A DNA stretch of 59,520 bases from Anaerolineae bacterium. GTDB lineage: Bacteria > Chloroflexota > Anaerolineae > B4-G1 > SLSP01. Position numbers and translations under genes: made by a program. A model generated the notes under the pieces. It saw nothing but the letters and a program-made list of their open reading frames with translations. It had not been told where the DNA came from and searched no databases. Within the stretch, counting starts at the first letter, position 1, and every line of letters starts with the position of its first letter. Shown one piece after another: positions 25,863 to 36,815 of the stretch. The stretch covers positions 1 to 59,520 of the forward strand of contig DAOUAQ010000203.1 in NCBI GenBank assembly GCA_034433375.1. Direction: 5' to 3'.

Positions 25863-25957
25863 CGCAAGCTGTGTCCGCAAGTTTGCGGCGCTTGCGTGCA
25901 GAAAAAGCAAACTAACAGTTTGCCCTACACTGGTATGTATGATTTTGGAGGAATAGA

Positions 25958-27208
25958 GTGAACGAAAAAACTGATTACAAAGTTCGCGCCGTACACTGCG
26001 ATCACAAAGCCGCCGATGACGCCGTCTACGAGGCGCTGCGACGGGTCACGCAACCGTTGGCACGTTCCTGGGACAAACTCCGGGCGGCAAAGCGTATCGC
26101 GATCAAGTTCAACCAGGATTGGGTGCTCCATCACGTGGTCTATTTTGAGGGACAACGCCGCCAGTTGGTGAGCGACAGTGTGGCGCGCGCCGTGTTGCGC
26201 CTGCTGCGCGAGGAAACCTCCGCCGAATTGGTGTGCGTGGACGCGAGTTACTACGTGATCTATCAGGAGAACGCCAAAACCGTCGCCGACACGACGACGC
26301 TGGCAGCAATCCTGCGCGAGTTCGACGTGCCGTACATTGACGGAAGCAAGCCGCCGTACAAAGTCGTCGGCGTGCCGGGCGGCGGGCAGATGTTCGAGCA
26401 GTACGCGATGATGCAGGATGTGGTCGAGGCCGATGCGGTGGTCTCGGTGGCGAAGATGAAGAACCACGCCTATATGGGCGTCACCGCCTGTCTCAAAAAC
26501 CTCTTCGGGCTGATGCCTGTCGCTATGCCGGGCCGCTCGCGCCACTACTACCACCATCTCGTGCGGATGCCCTACATGCTGGCGGACATCGGGCGGGTCC
26601 TCAACCCGGCGCTCAATATCGTGGATGCGCTGGTGGGGCAAGCCAGCTCGGAGTGGGGGCGCGAACCGGACATCGGGCGCATCGTCAACGCGCTCATCGC
26701 CGGCGACCACGTTATCGCCACCGACGCCTGTGTGACGCACCTGATGGGCCACAATCCGCAGAGCGACTGGCTGACCGAGCCGTTCCACCGCGACCGCAAC
26801 GCGCTGCTGGCGGCGGAGGAGGGCGGCTTCGGCACGGTCAACCTGGATGAGATTGACTTTACATCCGAGGTTGCGCCGCAGCCGGAAGGCACGTTCTTCG
26901 CCAAAAAGGGCGACGATCTCAAAACCGTCGTCACCTGGCGGCGGACGATGTGCGAGCAGGCGCTCTACTACCGCGATCACATGCGCGACTTCACCGATAA
27001 GTACGCCGGTGAGTTCATCCTGCTTCAGGATGGCGAGGTGCGCTGGCACGATACCAATGGGATGCTGCGCGTGAGCCGCCGCCAGCTCTCCGGCGCGCAC
27101 TCCGACCACGCGATGTTCTTCAAGTACGTGGATCCCGAAGAGCGCGAGCGGGAGCACTACGAGGTCTATGAGAGGGCGTTACAGCACGTTCAAAGTCTAA
27201 AGTCCTGA
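25958..27208 (+). CDS. DUF362 domain protein with extra C-terminal domain (paralog 1)
   Basis: IAIKFNQ.. and VSVAKMKNHAYMGVTACLKNLFGLMP are DUF362 hallmarks as I recall them. GTG start after GGAGGA. The last codons are supplied by a heptamer array. Confidence 0.75.
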   Translation: MNEKTDYKVRAVHCDHKAADDAVYEALRRVTQPLARSWDKLRAAKRIAIKFNQDWVLHHVVYFEGQRRQLVSDSVARAVLRLLREETSAELVCVDASYYVIYQENAKTVADTTTLAAILREFDVPYIDGSKPPYKVVGVPGGGQMFEQYAMMQDVVEADAVVSVAKMKNHAYMGVTACLKNLFGLMPVAMPGRSRHYYHHLVRMPYMLADIGRVLNPALNIVDALVGQASSEWGREPDIGRIVNALIAGDHVIATDACVTHLMGHNPQSDWLTEPFHRDRNALLAAEEGGFGTVNLDEIDFTSEVAPQPEGTFFAKKGDDLKTVVTWRRTMCEQALYYRDHMRDFTDKYAGEFILLQDGEVRWHDTNGMLRVSRRQLSGAHSDHAMFFKYVDPEEREREHYEVYERALQHVQSLKS

Positions 27209-27309
27209 GTCCAAAGTCCTGAGTCCAAAGTCCAAAGTTCAAAGTCCAAAGTCGTTTGCAGTTTGACTTTCGACTTTCGACTTTCGACTTTCGACTAACG
27301 ACTACAGCA
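27191..27309. repeat. 17 heptamers: CAAAGTC-type x9, then complementary-type TTTCGAC units (imperfect long hairpin)
   Basis: Read directly. The array begins within the last 6 codons of paralog 1 and ends 3 nt before the AAGGAG RBS of paralog 2. Confidence 0.9.
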
Positions 27310-27328
27310 GCAAGGAGATTGGTTAACG

Positions 27329-28582
27329 ATGAATACACAACGTGAAAAATACTGTGTCCGCGCGCTGCATTGCGACTATCGCGCCGCGGATGAAGTCGTT
27401 TACGAGACGCTCAAACGCGCCACTGCGCCGTTGACGCGGGCGTGGGAGAAACTCAAGGCCGCGAAACGCATCGGTATCAAGTTCAACCAGGACTACGCGC
27501 CGGCCCGCACGCCGTACTTTGAAGGTCAGCGCCTTCAGCTCGTCAGCGATCAAGTGGCGCGGGCGGTGGTGCGCTTGCTCCAGGAGGAGACCGCCGCCGA
27601 GTTGTTCTTTGTGGATACCACCGTCTTCCACTTCGATGGCAGCCCCGATCCCGTGGACTCCACGCACCTGGCCCCGATCATGCGCGAGTTCGGCGTCTCC
27701 TACGTGAACGCGGACATTCCGCCTTTCGGCGTATACCAGGTCCCCGGCGGCGGGCAGATGTTCCGCCAGTACGTGCTGCCGCAAGCCGTGCTGGAAGCCG
27801 ATGCCCTGGTGGACGTGCAGCGGATGAAGAACCACGCCTTTATGGGCATTACGCTCACGCTCAAGAATCTCTTTGGCTTGATGCCGATGCGCGAGCCGCT
27901 GGGCCGTTCCCGTCAGTACTTCCACCATCTGGTGCGGATGCCTTACATGCTTGCCGACATCGGGCGGCTGTTCAATCCCACGCTGAACATTATTGACGCC
28001 CTTATCGCGCAGACGGGCGGCGAATGGAGCGCGACGGACCAGGAAGCGCCGGTGGTCGTCAACGCGCTGGTCGCCGGCGATCACCCCATCGCTACCGACG
28101 TTGTGGGGACGCACTTGATGGGCCTCGATCCCACGGCGGACTGGCTGACCGCGCCGTACCACCGCGACCGCAACCCGCTGCTCGTGGCGGCGGAGGGCGG
28201 CTTCGGGACGGTCAACCTGGACGACATTGACTGGACTTCCGAGGTTGCGCCGCAGCCGGCCGGTGTGTTCTTCGCCGCGATGACCGACGATGTGGCGCGC
28301 GTCATCTCCTGGCGACGCACCACCTGCGAGCAGGCGCTCTACTACCGCGACCACCGGCAGGACTTCATTGACAAGTACGCCGGGCAATACATTCTGCTGC
28401 AAGAGAACGAGGTCAAGTGGAATAGCGAGAGCAGCTTCTTCCGTGGCAGCCGCCGTCATCTCTCCGGCGACCGGCCCGACCAGGCGATGTGGGTCAAGTA
28501 TGTGGATCCCGACGAAGCCGAGGGCGAGCATTTCGAGGTCTACGAACGGGCGCTGGCGGATATTCAAGCGCGAGGGTTGTAG
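27329..28582 (+). CDS. DUF362 domain protein with extra C-terminal domain (paralog 2)
   Basis: Collinear with paralog 1 along the full length. VDVQRMKNHAFMGITLTLKNLFGLMP. Shared C-terminal WRRTTCEQALYYRDH..DKYAGQYILLQENEVKW. Confidence 0.75.
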   Translation: MNTQREKYCVRALHCDYRAADEVVYETLKRATAPLTRAWEKLKAAKRIGIKFNQDYAPARTPYFEGQRLQLVSDQVARAVVRLLQEETAAELFFVDTTVFHFDGSPDPVDSTHLAPIMREFGVSYVNADIPPFGVYQVPGGGQMFRQYVLPQAVLEADALVDVQRMKNHAFMGITLTLKNLFGLMPMREPLGRSRQYFHHLVRMPYMLADIGRLFNPTLNIIDALIAQTGGEWSATDQEAPVVVNALVAGDHPIATDVVGTHLMGLDPTADWLTAPYHRDRNPLLVAAEGGFGTVNLDDIDWTSEVAPQPAGVFFAAMTDDVARVISWRRTTCEQALYYRDHRQDFIDKYAGQYILLQENEVKWNSESSFFRGSRRHLSGDRPDQAMWVKYVDPDEAEGEHFEVYERALADIQARGL

Positions 28583-28748
28583 CTGTTTGCGCGTGTGGCA
28601 AGTTAGCCTATTTGAACTTACGCCGTCGCCGCATGAATGGGTGGTTGAGGCGCTTGAACGCAGTCCGGTCAAAGAGGCTCCATTATCACACGCTATCGCC
28701 ATAAAAAGCAGACTCATTGATGACTCTACTGCAAAAAGTCCTTCTTGA

Positions 28749-28880
28749 CCGCTAAGACGCCAAGTTCGCCAAGAGAACAAAAGAATACATAAGTAATTTT
28801 AATAAATTTGCGCATTTTTACAAATTTTATTCATTTGCTCATTAAAAACCTTGGCGTCCTTGGCGACTTGGCGGTTTTTT
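28749..28880. repeat. Inverted CGCCAAG-type repeat arms flanking a ~75-bp AT-rich core, followed by T6
   Basis: Left arm CCGCTAAGACGCCAAGTTCGCCAAG (28749..28773). Right arm CCTTGGCGTCCTTGGCGACTTGGCGG (28849..28874). T6 at 28875..28880. Confidence 0.75.
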
Positions 28881-28895
28881 CAGGGGAGTCATAAA

Positions 28896-28950
28896 ACGTG
28901 AAACGCAAAATGTGAGATGTAAGGCTCCGCTTACGTTTTACGCTTCACGT
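28896..28950. repeat. Imperfect 21-bp inverted repeat built from ACGTGAA/ACGTTTT-type heptamers
   Basis: ACGTGAAACGCAAAATGTGAG against CTTACGTTTTACGCTTCACGT. 17 Watson-Crick pairs plus 2 G-U in RNA. Confidence 0.7.
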
Positions 28951-29073
28951 CCTGCAGATTCAAATGATTCTCTAAGCTTTTGTTAATGCCTTGCTAATCA
29001 TTCTATGGGATACTGGACTCAGGAACCTCGTATAGCCTGGATAGTATAAGGCTTGTGGTGCTCGGAGGGGAAA

Positions 29074-30903
29074 ATGGACAAAAAGCAAGGTAAAAAAGTA
29101 GGCTTCTCCGCGATCTACTTGATCGTGGCGTTATTGCTGGCTGGACTGTTCCAACAACTGATATTTCAGCCGATGGTCATTCGTTGGACGGAGGTGCCGT
29201 ACAGCCGTTTCCTTGAACAATTGGCGGGCGGTGAGATCGCTGAGGTGCAGTTGACGGCGGACCGCATTATGTATACCTGCTGCGCCGACGTCGAGGGCGC
29301 GGCGCAAGGCCGGGTCAACAACGTCGTGCGGGTGGACGACCCCGACTTGATCCAACGGTTGGTAGATGCCGGGGTGACGTTCTCCGGCGAGCAGCCGACC
29401 AACACATTGCTCTCGCTGCTCCTGGGATGGTTCATCCCGCTGCTACCCCTGGGCCTGATCTGGTATTTCGGGCTGCGGCGGATGGGGCAAGCCGGCGCCG
29501 GCGTAATGTCCATCGGCAAGAGCAAAGCGCAAGAGATCACCGGCGAGAAAACCGGCATCAAGTTCGAGCACGTCGGCGGCGTGGATGAAGTCGAAGTTGA
29601 GCTAAAAGAGATCATTGACTTCCTCAAAGACCCGCAGCGCTTCACCCGCCTGGGCGCCAAGTTGCCCAAAGGCGTGCTGCTCGTTGGGCCGCCGGGCACG
29701 GGCAAGACGCTCCTGGCGAAGGCGACGGCCGGCGAGGCCGGTGTGCCCTTCTTCTCCATCAGCGGCTCGGATTTTGTGGAAATGTTCGTGGGCGTGGGTG
29801 CGGCGCGCGTGCGCGATCTTTTCGAGCAAGCCAAACATCGCGCGCCGTGTATCGTCTTCATTGACGAGATTGACGCGATTGGGCAATCCCGCACCACGGT
29901 GGGCGCGCTCGGCTCCAACGACGAGCGCGAGCAAACGCTGAACCAGTTGTTGGCCGAAATGGATGGCTTTCAGACCAATCTCGGTGTCATGATCATGGCG
30001 GCGACGAACCGACCCGAAATTCTGGATCGGGCGCTGCTCCGTCCGGGGCGCTTCGACCGGCAGATACAGGTGGGCTTGCCGGCGGAATCCGGGCGGCGGC
30101 AAATCCTCGACATCCACACCCAAGGCGTGCAGCTAGGGCAGGATGTGGATTTGGGACGTATCGCGCAGATCACCGCCGGCTTTTCGGGCGCGGACCTGGC
30201 GAACATCGTCAACGAGGCCGCGCTTTTGGCGGTCCGCAGCGACCGCGAAGCGGTGACGATGGGCGACTTCGACCTCGCCATCGAGCGCGTGGTGGCCGGG
30301 TTGCAGCGCAAAATCACGCTCAAGCCCGAACTCAAGCGCCGCGTGGCCTATCACGAAGGCGGGCACGCGCTCGTGGCGCAGTTGCAACCGGATACCGATC
30401 CCGTGCATAAGGTCAGCATCATCCCCACGGCGAAGGGCGCGCTCGGCTACACGATGCAGATGCCGGAAGAGGACACCTATCTCATGAGCAAGCGCGAATT
30501 GGAAGAGCGCCTGGCGGTCATCCTGGGCGGGCGCGCGGCGGAATTGCTCATCTTCAACGACACGTCCACGGGCGCGGCGAACGATCTGGAGGTCGTCACC
30601 GCTTTGGCGCGGCGGATGGTGACGGAGTTCGGGATGACGGAGGCGCTTGGTCCGGTGCGCTACGCGATGGAGGCCGGGACGAGCTACCTGGGGCGCTTCG
30701 ATGGTCTGCGGCAGGACATCAGCCCCGAAACGGCAACGTTGATTGACAAAGAAACGCGGCGCATCATCGAAGACGCCGAGCAGCGGGCGTTGACATTGTT
30801 GCAGCAGCACAGCGACGCTTTGCACGAGGTCGCCCGCATTTTGCAGGAGAAAGAAGTCATCAGCGGCGATGAAATCAAACATTTGGCGCAAAAGCCAGTG
30901 TAA
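29074..30903 (+). CDS. ftsH: ATP-dependent zinc metalloprotease FtsH
   Basis: N-terminal TM pair, Walker A GPPGTGKT, Walker [12 protein letters not shown] region, zinc site HEGGH. ATG follows GGAGGGG. The track start at 29053 adds 7 codons. Confidence 0.92.
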   Translation: MDKKQGKKVGFSAIYLIVALLLAGLFQQLIFQPMVIRWTEVPYSRFLEQLAGGEIAEVQLTADRIMYTCCADVEGAAQGRVNNVVRVDDPDLIQRLVDAGVTFSGEQPTNTLLSLLLGWFIPLLPLGLIWYFGLRRMGQAGAGVMSIGKSKAQEITGEKTGIKFEHVGGVDEVEVELKEIIDFLKDPQRFTRLGAKLPKGVLLVGPPGTGKTLLAKATAGEAGVPFFSISGSDFVEMFVGVGAARVRDLFEQAKHRAPCIVFIDEIDAIGQSRTTVGALGSNDEREQTLNQLLAEMDGFQTNLGVMIMAATNRPEILDRALLRPGRFDRQIQVGLPAESGRRQILDIHTQGVQLGQDVDLGRIAQITAGFSGADLANIVNEAALLAVRSDREAVTMGDFDLAIERVVAGLQRKITLKPELKRRVAYHEGGHALVAQLQPDTDPVHKVSIIPTAKGALGYTMQMPEEDTYLMSKRELEERLAVILGGRAAELLIFNDTSTGAANDLEVVTALARRMVTEFGMTEALGPVRYAMEAGTSYLGRFDGLRQDISPETATLIDKETRRIIEDAEQRALTLLQQHSDALHEVARILQEKEVISGDEIKHLAQKPV

Positions 30904-30912
30904 ATCAACCTG

Positions 30913-30940
30913 TTGCAAAGCCTGATTTTGGCGGTAGAAT
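30913..30940 (+). promoter_or_regulatory. Candidate promoter for rnc (TTGCAA, 16-nt spacer, TAGAAT)
   Basis: -35 at 30913..30918 and -10 at 30935..30940. Leader of about 120 nt before the rnc ATG. Confidence 0.4.
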
Positions 30941-31069
30941 AGTAAGAACTAGGGCGAGGAGCGTCCGAGGTGATGCCGGGTAAGGTGCAGGAGCGCATAG
31001 GCTGGCTTGTGAATGTGAAACCTGGAAGCGGGAAGCCGCACTCTGCGATATTGCTGCTGAGGAGAAATT

Positions 31070-31774
31070 ATGGGTGGGAGTGAACTCCCTTTACTTGAAG
31101 TCCAGAACCGACTTCACTATCACTTCGTACAACCCGACCTGTTGGAACTTGCGCTGACGCATCCTTCGTTTGCTCATGAGCATCCTGAAGCAGGCGGCGA
31201 GGAACACCACAACCAGCGTTTGGAATTTTTGGGCGATGCGGTCCTGGATTTTTTGGTTGCGGCCTGGCTGTACCGCACTTATCCAGATTTCTCCGAAGGC
31301 CCTTTGACACGCTTACGGGCGACGTTGGTTTGTACGCCGACCCTGGCTTCGCTCGCGCAGCGTCTGGGACTTGGCGAAGCCCTCCGCTTGGGGCGCGGGG
31401 AAGAAGAGAGCGGTGGAAACGCGCGTGCGGCAAACCTGTGTGACGCGCTGGAAGCTCTCGTCGGGGCGCTTTACCTGGATGGCGGCCTGGACATTGCCTG
31501 GCAACACCTTGAACCGTGGTTCGTGCAGGAAGTTCAGGCGATTCTCCGCGCCGGCGCCGACGTTGACGCCAAATCGCGTTTTCAGGAGTGGACGCAAGCC
31601 ACCCTCGGCATTACACCCGCGTACCGGATCGTCGCCGAGAATGGTCCTGACCACGCGAAGACGTTCACGGCCCAGGTTGTGCTGAACGAGCAGGTGGTCG
31701 GCGAGGGGCAAGGTTCCAGCAAACGCCTGGCCGAGCAAGCCGCCGCCCAGGCCGCGTTGAACGCTTTGGTTTGA
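31070..31774 (+). CDS. rnc: Ribonuclease III
   Basis: NQRLEFLGDAVLDF signature and a C-terminal dsRBD (GPDHAKTF..GQGSSKRLAEQAAAQAAL). Confidence 0.9.
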   Translation: MGGSELPLLEVQNRLHYHFVQPDLLELALTHPSFAHEHPEAGGEEHHNQRLEFLGDAVLDFLVAAWLYRTYPDFSEGPLTRLRATLVCTPTLASLAQRLGLGEALRLGRGEEESGGNARAANLCDALEALVGALYLDGGLDIAWQHLEPWFVQEVQAILRAGADVDAKSRFQEWTQATLGITPAYRIVAENGPDHAKTFTAQVVLNEQVVGEGQGSSKRLAEQAAAQAALNALV

Positions 31775-31776
31775 TC

Positions 31777-31923
31777 GCTGGAAACTGGAAGCTGGATACT
31801 GGAAGCTGGATACTGGAAACTGGAAGCTGGAAGCTGGATACTGGAGAGTACTACTCGCAACTCTTAACTCTTAACTCTTAACTCTTAACTCTTTACTCTT
31901 TACCAATCACCAATCACTTGAGG
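31777..31923. repeat. 21 heptamers in three blocks: CTGGAAR-type x10, CTCTTAA-type x6, CCAATCA x2 (direct)
   Basis: Read directly. Fills almost the whole rnc-clpC spacer. Confidence 0.9.
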
Positions 31924-31933
31924 ACTAAACCGT

Positions 31934-34420
<2,487 letters not shown>

Positions 34421-34534
34421 TTTTGATGATCGAAAAGGAGGTGATGCCCCTCGACATGATGTGACATGCAGGAAGACCCGGTTTTGTAGTACGTTTACTC
34501 ACTCACTTTGCTTAACAAATCAGGAGGATTACGA

Positions 34535-35536
34535 ATGCGTAAGAACGTTTTGGCTCTACTGTCTGTGCTCTTGGTTGCCAGTATGCTGCTGAGTGCCTGC
34601 GGCGGCGGCGGCGGCGGCAAGTTCAAGATTGGGTTGGTCACCGACGTTGGGCGGGTCAACGACCGCAGCTTTAACCAATCGGCATGGGAAGGCGTCGAGC
34701 AAGCCGGTAAGGCCCTCAATGCTGAGGTGAAATACATCGAGACGACCGACGCCAAAGACTACGAGAATAACATCAAGCAGTTTGCGGATGAAGGTTACGA
34801 TGTCATCGTCACCGTTGGTTTCGCGCTGGGCGACGCCACCATCAAGATGGCGAAGCAATACCCGAAGGTCAATTTCATCGGCGTGGATCAATTCCAGGGC
34901 GAGACGCTTAAGAACCTGACCGGTTTGATCTTCCATGAAGATCAATCTGGCTATCTGGCCGGCGTGCTGGCCGCGTACTTGACGAAGAGCGGCACCATCG
35001 CTGCCGTTTTGGGCACGGACCTGGTGCCGCCGGTGGTAGCTTTCAACGAGGGCTACATCGCTGGCGCGAAGTCGGTCGATCCCAACATCAAGATCATCTC
35101 CACCTATCACCCCGGCGAGATCAGCCAGGCGTTCACCGATCCCGAATGGGGCGCGGCGACCGCGGCGCAGGCGATTGACCAGGGCGCGGATGTGGTCTTC
35201 GGCGCGGGTGGGATGACGGGTAACGGCGCTCTGGAAGAGACGGCGACGCACGCGGGTCTCTACTGCATCGGTGTGGATACCGATCAGTGGGAAACCGTGC
35301 CCGGCGCGCAGCCCTGCCTGGTCTCCAGCGCGATGAAGCTCATCACGCCGGGTGTTGTTGAGCTGGCGAAGCTGGCGAAAGACGGCAAATTCCCCGGCGG
35401 CAATTACTTTGGCGGTGCAGGGTTGGCTCCGTTCCATGACTTCGACAGTAAAATTCCTGCCGACGTCAAGAAGAACCTCGAGGCCATTGACAAGGGCCTC
35501 AAAGACGGCTCCATCAAGACCGGTTACGGTCAATAG
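34535..35536 (+). CDS. BMP-family (PnrA/Med/TmpC-like) ABC substrate-binding lipoprotein
   Basis: MRKNVLALLSVLLVASMLLSAC lipobox with a Gly-rich tether. FKIGLVTDVGRVNDRSFNQSAWEGV is the BMP hallmark. ATG follows AGGAGG. Confidence 0.85.
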   Translation: MRKNVLALLSVLLVASMLLSACGGGGGGKFKIGLVTDVGRVNDRSFNQSAWEGVEQAGKALNAEVKYIETTDAKDYENNIKQFADEGYDVIVTVGFALGDATIKMAKQYPKVNFIGVDQFQGETLKNLTGLIFHEDQSGYLAGVLAAYLTKSGTIAAVLGTDLVPPVVAFNEGYIAGAKSVDPNIKIISTYHPGEISQAFTDPEWGAATAAQAIDQGADVVFGAGGMTGNGALEETATHAGLYCIGVDTDQWETVPGAQPCLVSSAMKLITPGVVELAKLAKDGKFPGGNYFGGAGLAPFHDFDSKIPADVKKNLEAIDKGLKDGSIKTGYGQ

Positions 35537-35550
35537 AGTCGGGTTGTGTG

Positions 35551-35587
35551 GGGGAAGGTGTGCATAACACCTTCCCCTTTTGTTTTG
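35551..35587 (+). terminator. Rho-independent terminator/attenuator directly after the SBP gene
   Basis: Perfect 10-bp stem GGGGAAGGTG / CACCTTCCCC, 7-nt loop, then TTTTGTTTTG. Confidence 0.8.
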
Positions 35588-35602
35588 TCGTGGAGGGAAA
35601 TT

Positions 35603-36715
35603 TTGCCATCTCTTACCTCAATTGCTGAAGAATTTGATTTTGGTGGTGGCGTGCTCGACGTGCAACGCTACGGTTCGGGCAACGTGAACGATACTTTTCT
35701 GGTCACACTGGACTCCGGTTCTTATGGAAAGGCCATTCTCCAACGGGTCAATCAGCGAGTGTTTCGCCGCCCGGAGTTGATCATCCTCAACATGCGCGCT
35801 TTTATGGATCACATACGTGCCCACGCGGGAGGGTTTCCCCACCCGCCGGGGCGCAGATGGGAAACGCTCGACATTATTTCTACCAAAAACGGCATAGATT
35901 ATTTTGTGGATATCGAGAAAGGTTTTTGGCGTGCGACAACCTTTGTCGAGGGGGCGCAAACGTATGATACGATTCAAAACCGTCGTCATGCCGGTGAAAT
36001 CGGGTATGCGCTGGGCAGATTTCACAGTCTGATCAGCGATCTTCCCGTAGAAAAGCTGCACGATACCCTCGAAGGATTTCATATCACACCGCGCTATTTG
36101 GCGCATCACGATGAAGTGATTGCCAAAGACGGCTACAAATCGTCGCCTGACGTGCGCTATGGGCTGAATTTTGTTGCTCAACGCCGGGAATGGGCTTCTG
36201 TTTTAGAGGATGCGCTCGCGCGCCACGAATTAGTCATGCATCCGATCCACGGTGATCCCAAAGTCAACAACATTATGATTGACGATGCTACCGGGCAGGC
36301 CGTCAGCGTCGTTGATCTGGACACGGTCAAGCCCGGGCTGGTGCATTACGACATCGGCGATTGCCTGCGTTCGTGTTGCAACCCTCTGGGCGAAGAAACC
36401 TGCGCTCTCGACGAGGTGCGGTTTGAAACCGACTTGTGTCAGGCGATTTTGGTAGGCTATCTGGCCGAGGCGCGGCATTTTCTGACCGCCAAAGATTACG
36501 CCTACATCTATGACGCGGTGCGGTTGATCGCGTTCGAGCTAGGCTTACGGTTTTTCACCGACTACCTGGAAGGCAATGTGTACTTCAAAACGAGGGATGC
36601 GGAGCACAACCTGTGCCGCGCGCTGGTGCAATTCCGTTTGACGGAAAGCATCGAGGCGCAAGCCGGCGCGATCCAGGCGATTGTGGCTTCGCAGCGCACA
36701 GCAGTTAGCGATTAG
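35603..36715 (+). CDS. APH-fold anomeric sugar kinase, N-acetylhexosamine 1-kinase (NahK)-like
   Basis: By-eye collinearity with Bifidobacterium NahK as I recall it: YGSGNVNDTFLV, ILQRVNQRVF, HGDPKVNNIMIDDATG..VVDLDT, RFFTDYLEGNVYFKTRDAEHNL. I place the start at TTG 35603, 6 nt after GGAGGG and downstream of the terminator. The track start is 35546. Confidence 0.72.
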   Translation: MPSLTSIAEEFDFGGGVLDVQRYGSGNVNDTFLVTLDSGSYGKAILQRVNQRVFRRPELIILNMRAFMDHIRAHAGGFPHPPGRRWETLDIISTKNGIDYFVDIEKGFWRATTFVEGAQTYDTIQNRRHAGEIGYALGRFHSLISDLPVEKLHDTLEGFHITPRYLAHHDEVIAKDGYKSSPDVRYGLNFVAQRREWASVLEDALARHELVMHPIHGDPKVNNIMIDDATGQAVSVVDLDTVKPGLVHYDIGDCLRSCCNPLGEETCALDEVRFETDLCQAILVGYLAEARHFLTAKDYAYIYDAVRLIAFELGLRFFTDYLEGNVYFKTRDAEHNLCRALVQFRLTESIEAQAGAIQAIVASQRTAVSD

Positions 36716-36800
36716 CGGTCAGCTATCAGCGACGAAATTCATATCTGGTGAGCTGACCTGCTGTTGATGCTGATGGCTGACGGCTGATAACTGACAGCGA
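36703..36800. repeat. AGC/CAGC-type heptamer arms in inverted orientation (same family as 23750..23896)
   Basis: Left arm AGTTAGC GATTAGC GGTCAGC TATCAGC (includes the kinase stop codon). Right arm GCTGACC..ATGGCTG ACGGCTG ATAACTG ACAGCGA, ending at the GAGGAGG RBS. Confidence 0.85.
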
Positions 36801-36815
36801 TAGAGGAGGTGCAGT

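Noticed and set aside
28583-28748. Possible small genes or a tRNA in the long spacer after DUF362-2, for example a basic 23-aa peptide MNGWLRRLNAVRSKRLHYHTLSP.
   Set aside because: No RBS, no tRNA-like T-arm or acceptor features, and no recognisable family. The coding potential cannot be supported from sequence alone.
25925-28780. Two long minus-strand ORFs (25925..27157, 410 aa, and 27323..28780, 485 aa) that are similar to each other.
   Set aside because: They are the antisense frames of the two DUF362 paralogs, so their mutual similarity is inherited. Their composition is Arg/Ala/Gly/His-rich with no recognisable motifs. The plus-strand genes have RBSs and family hallmarks.
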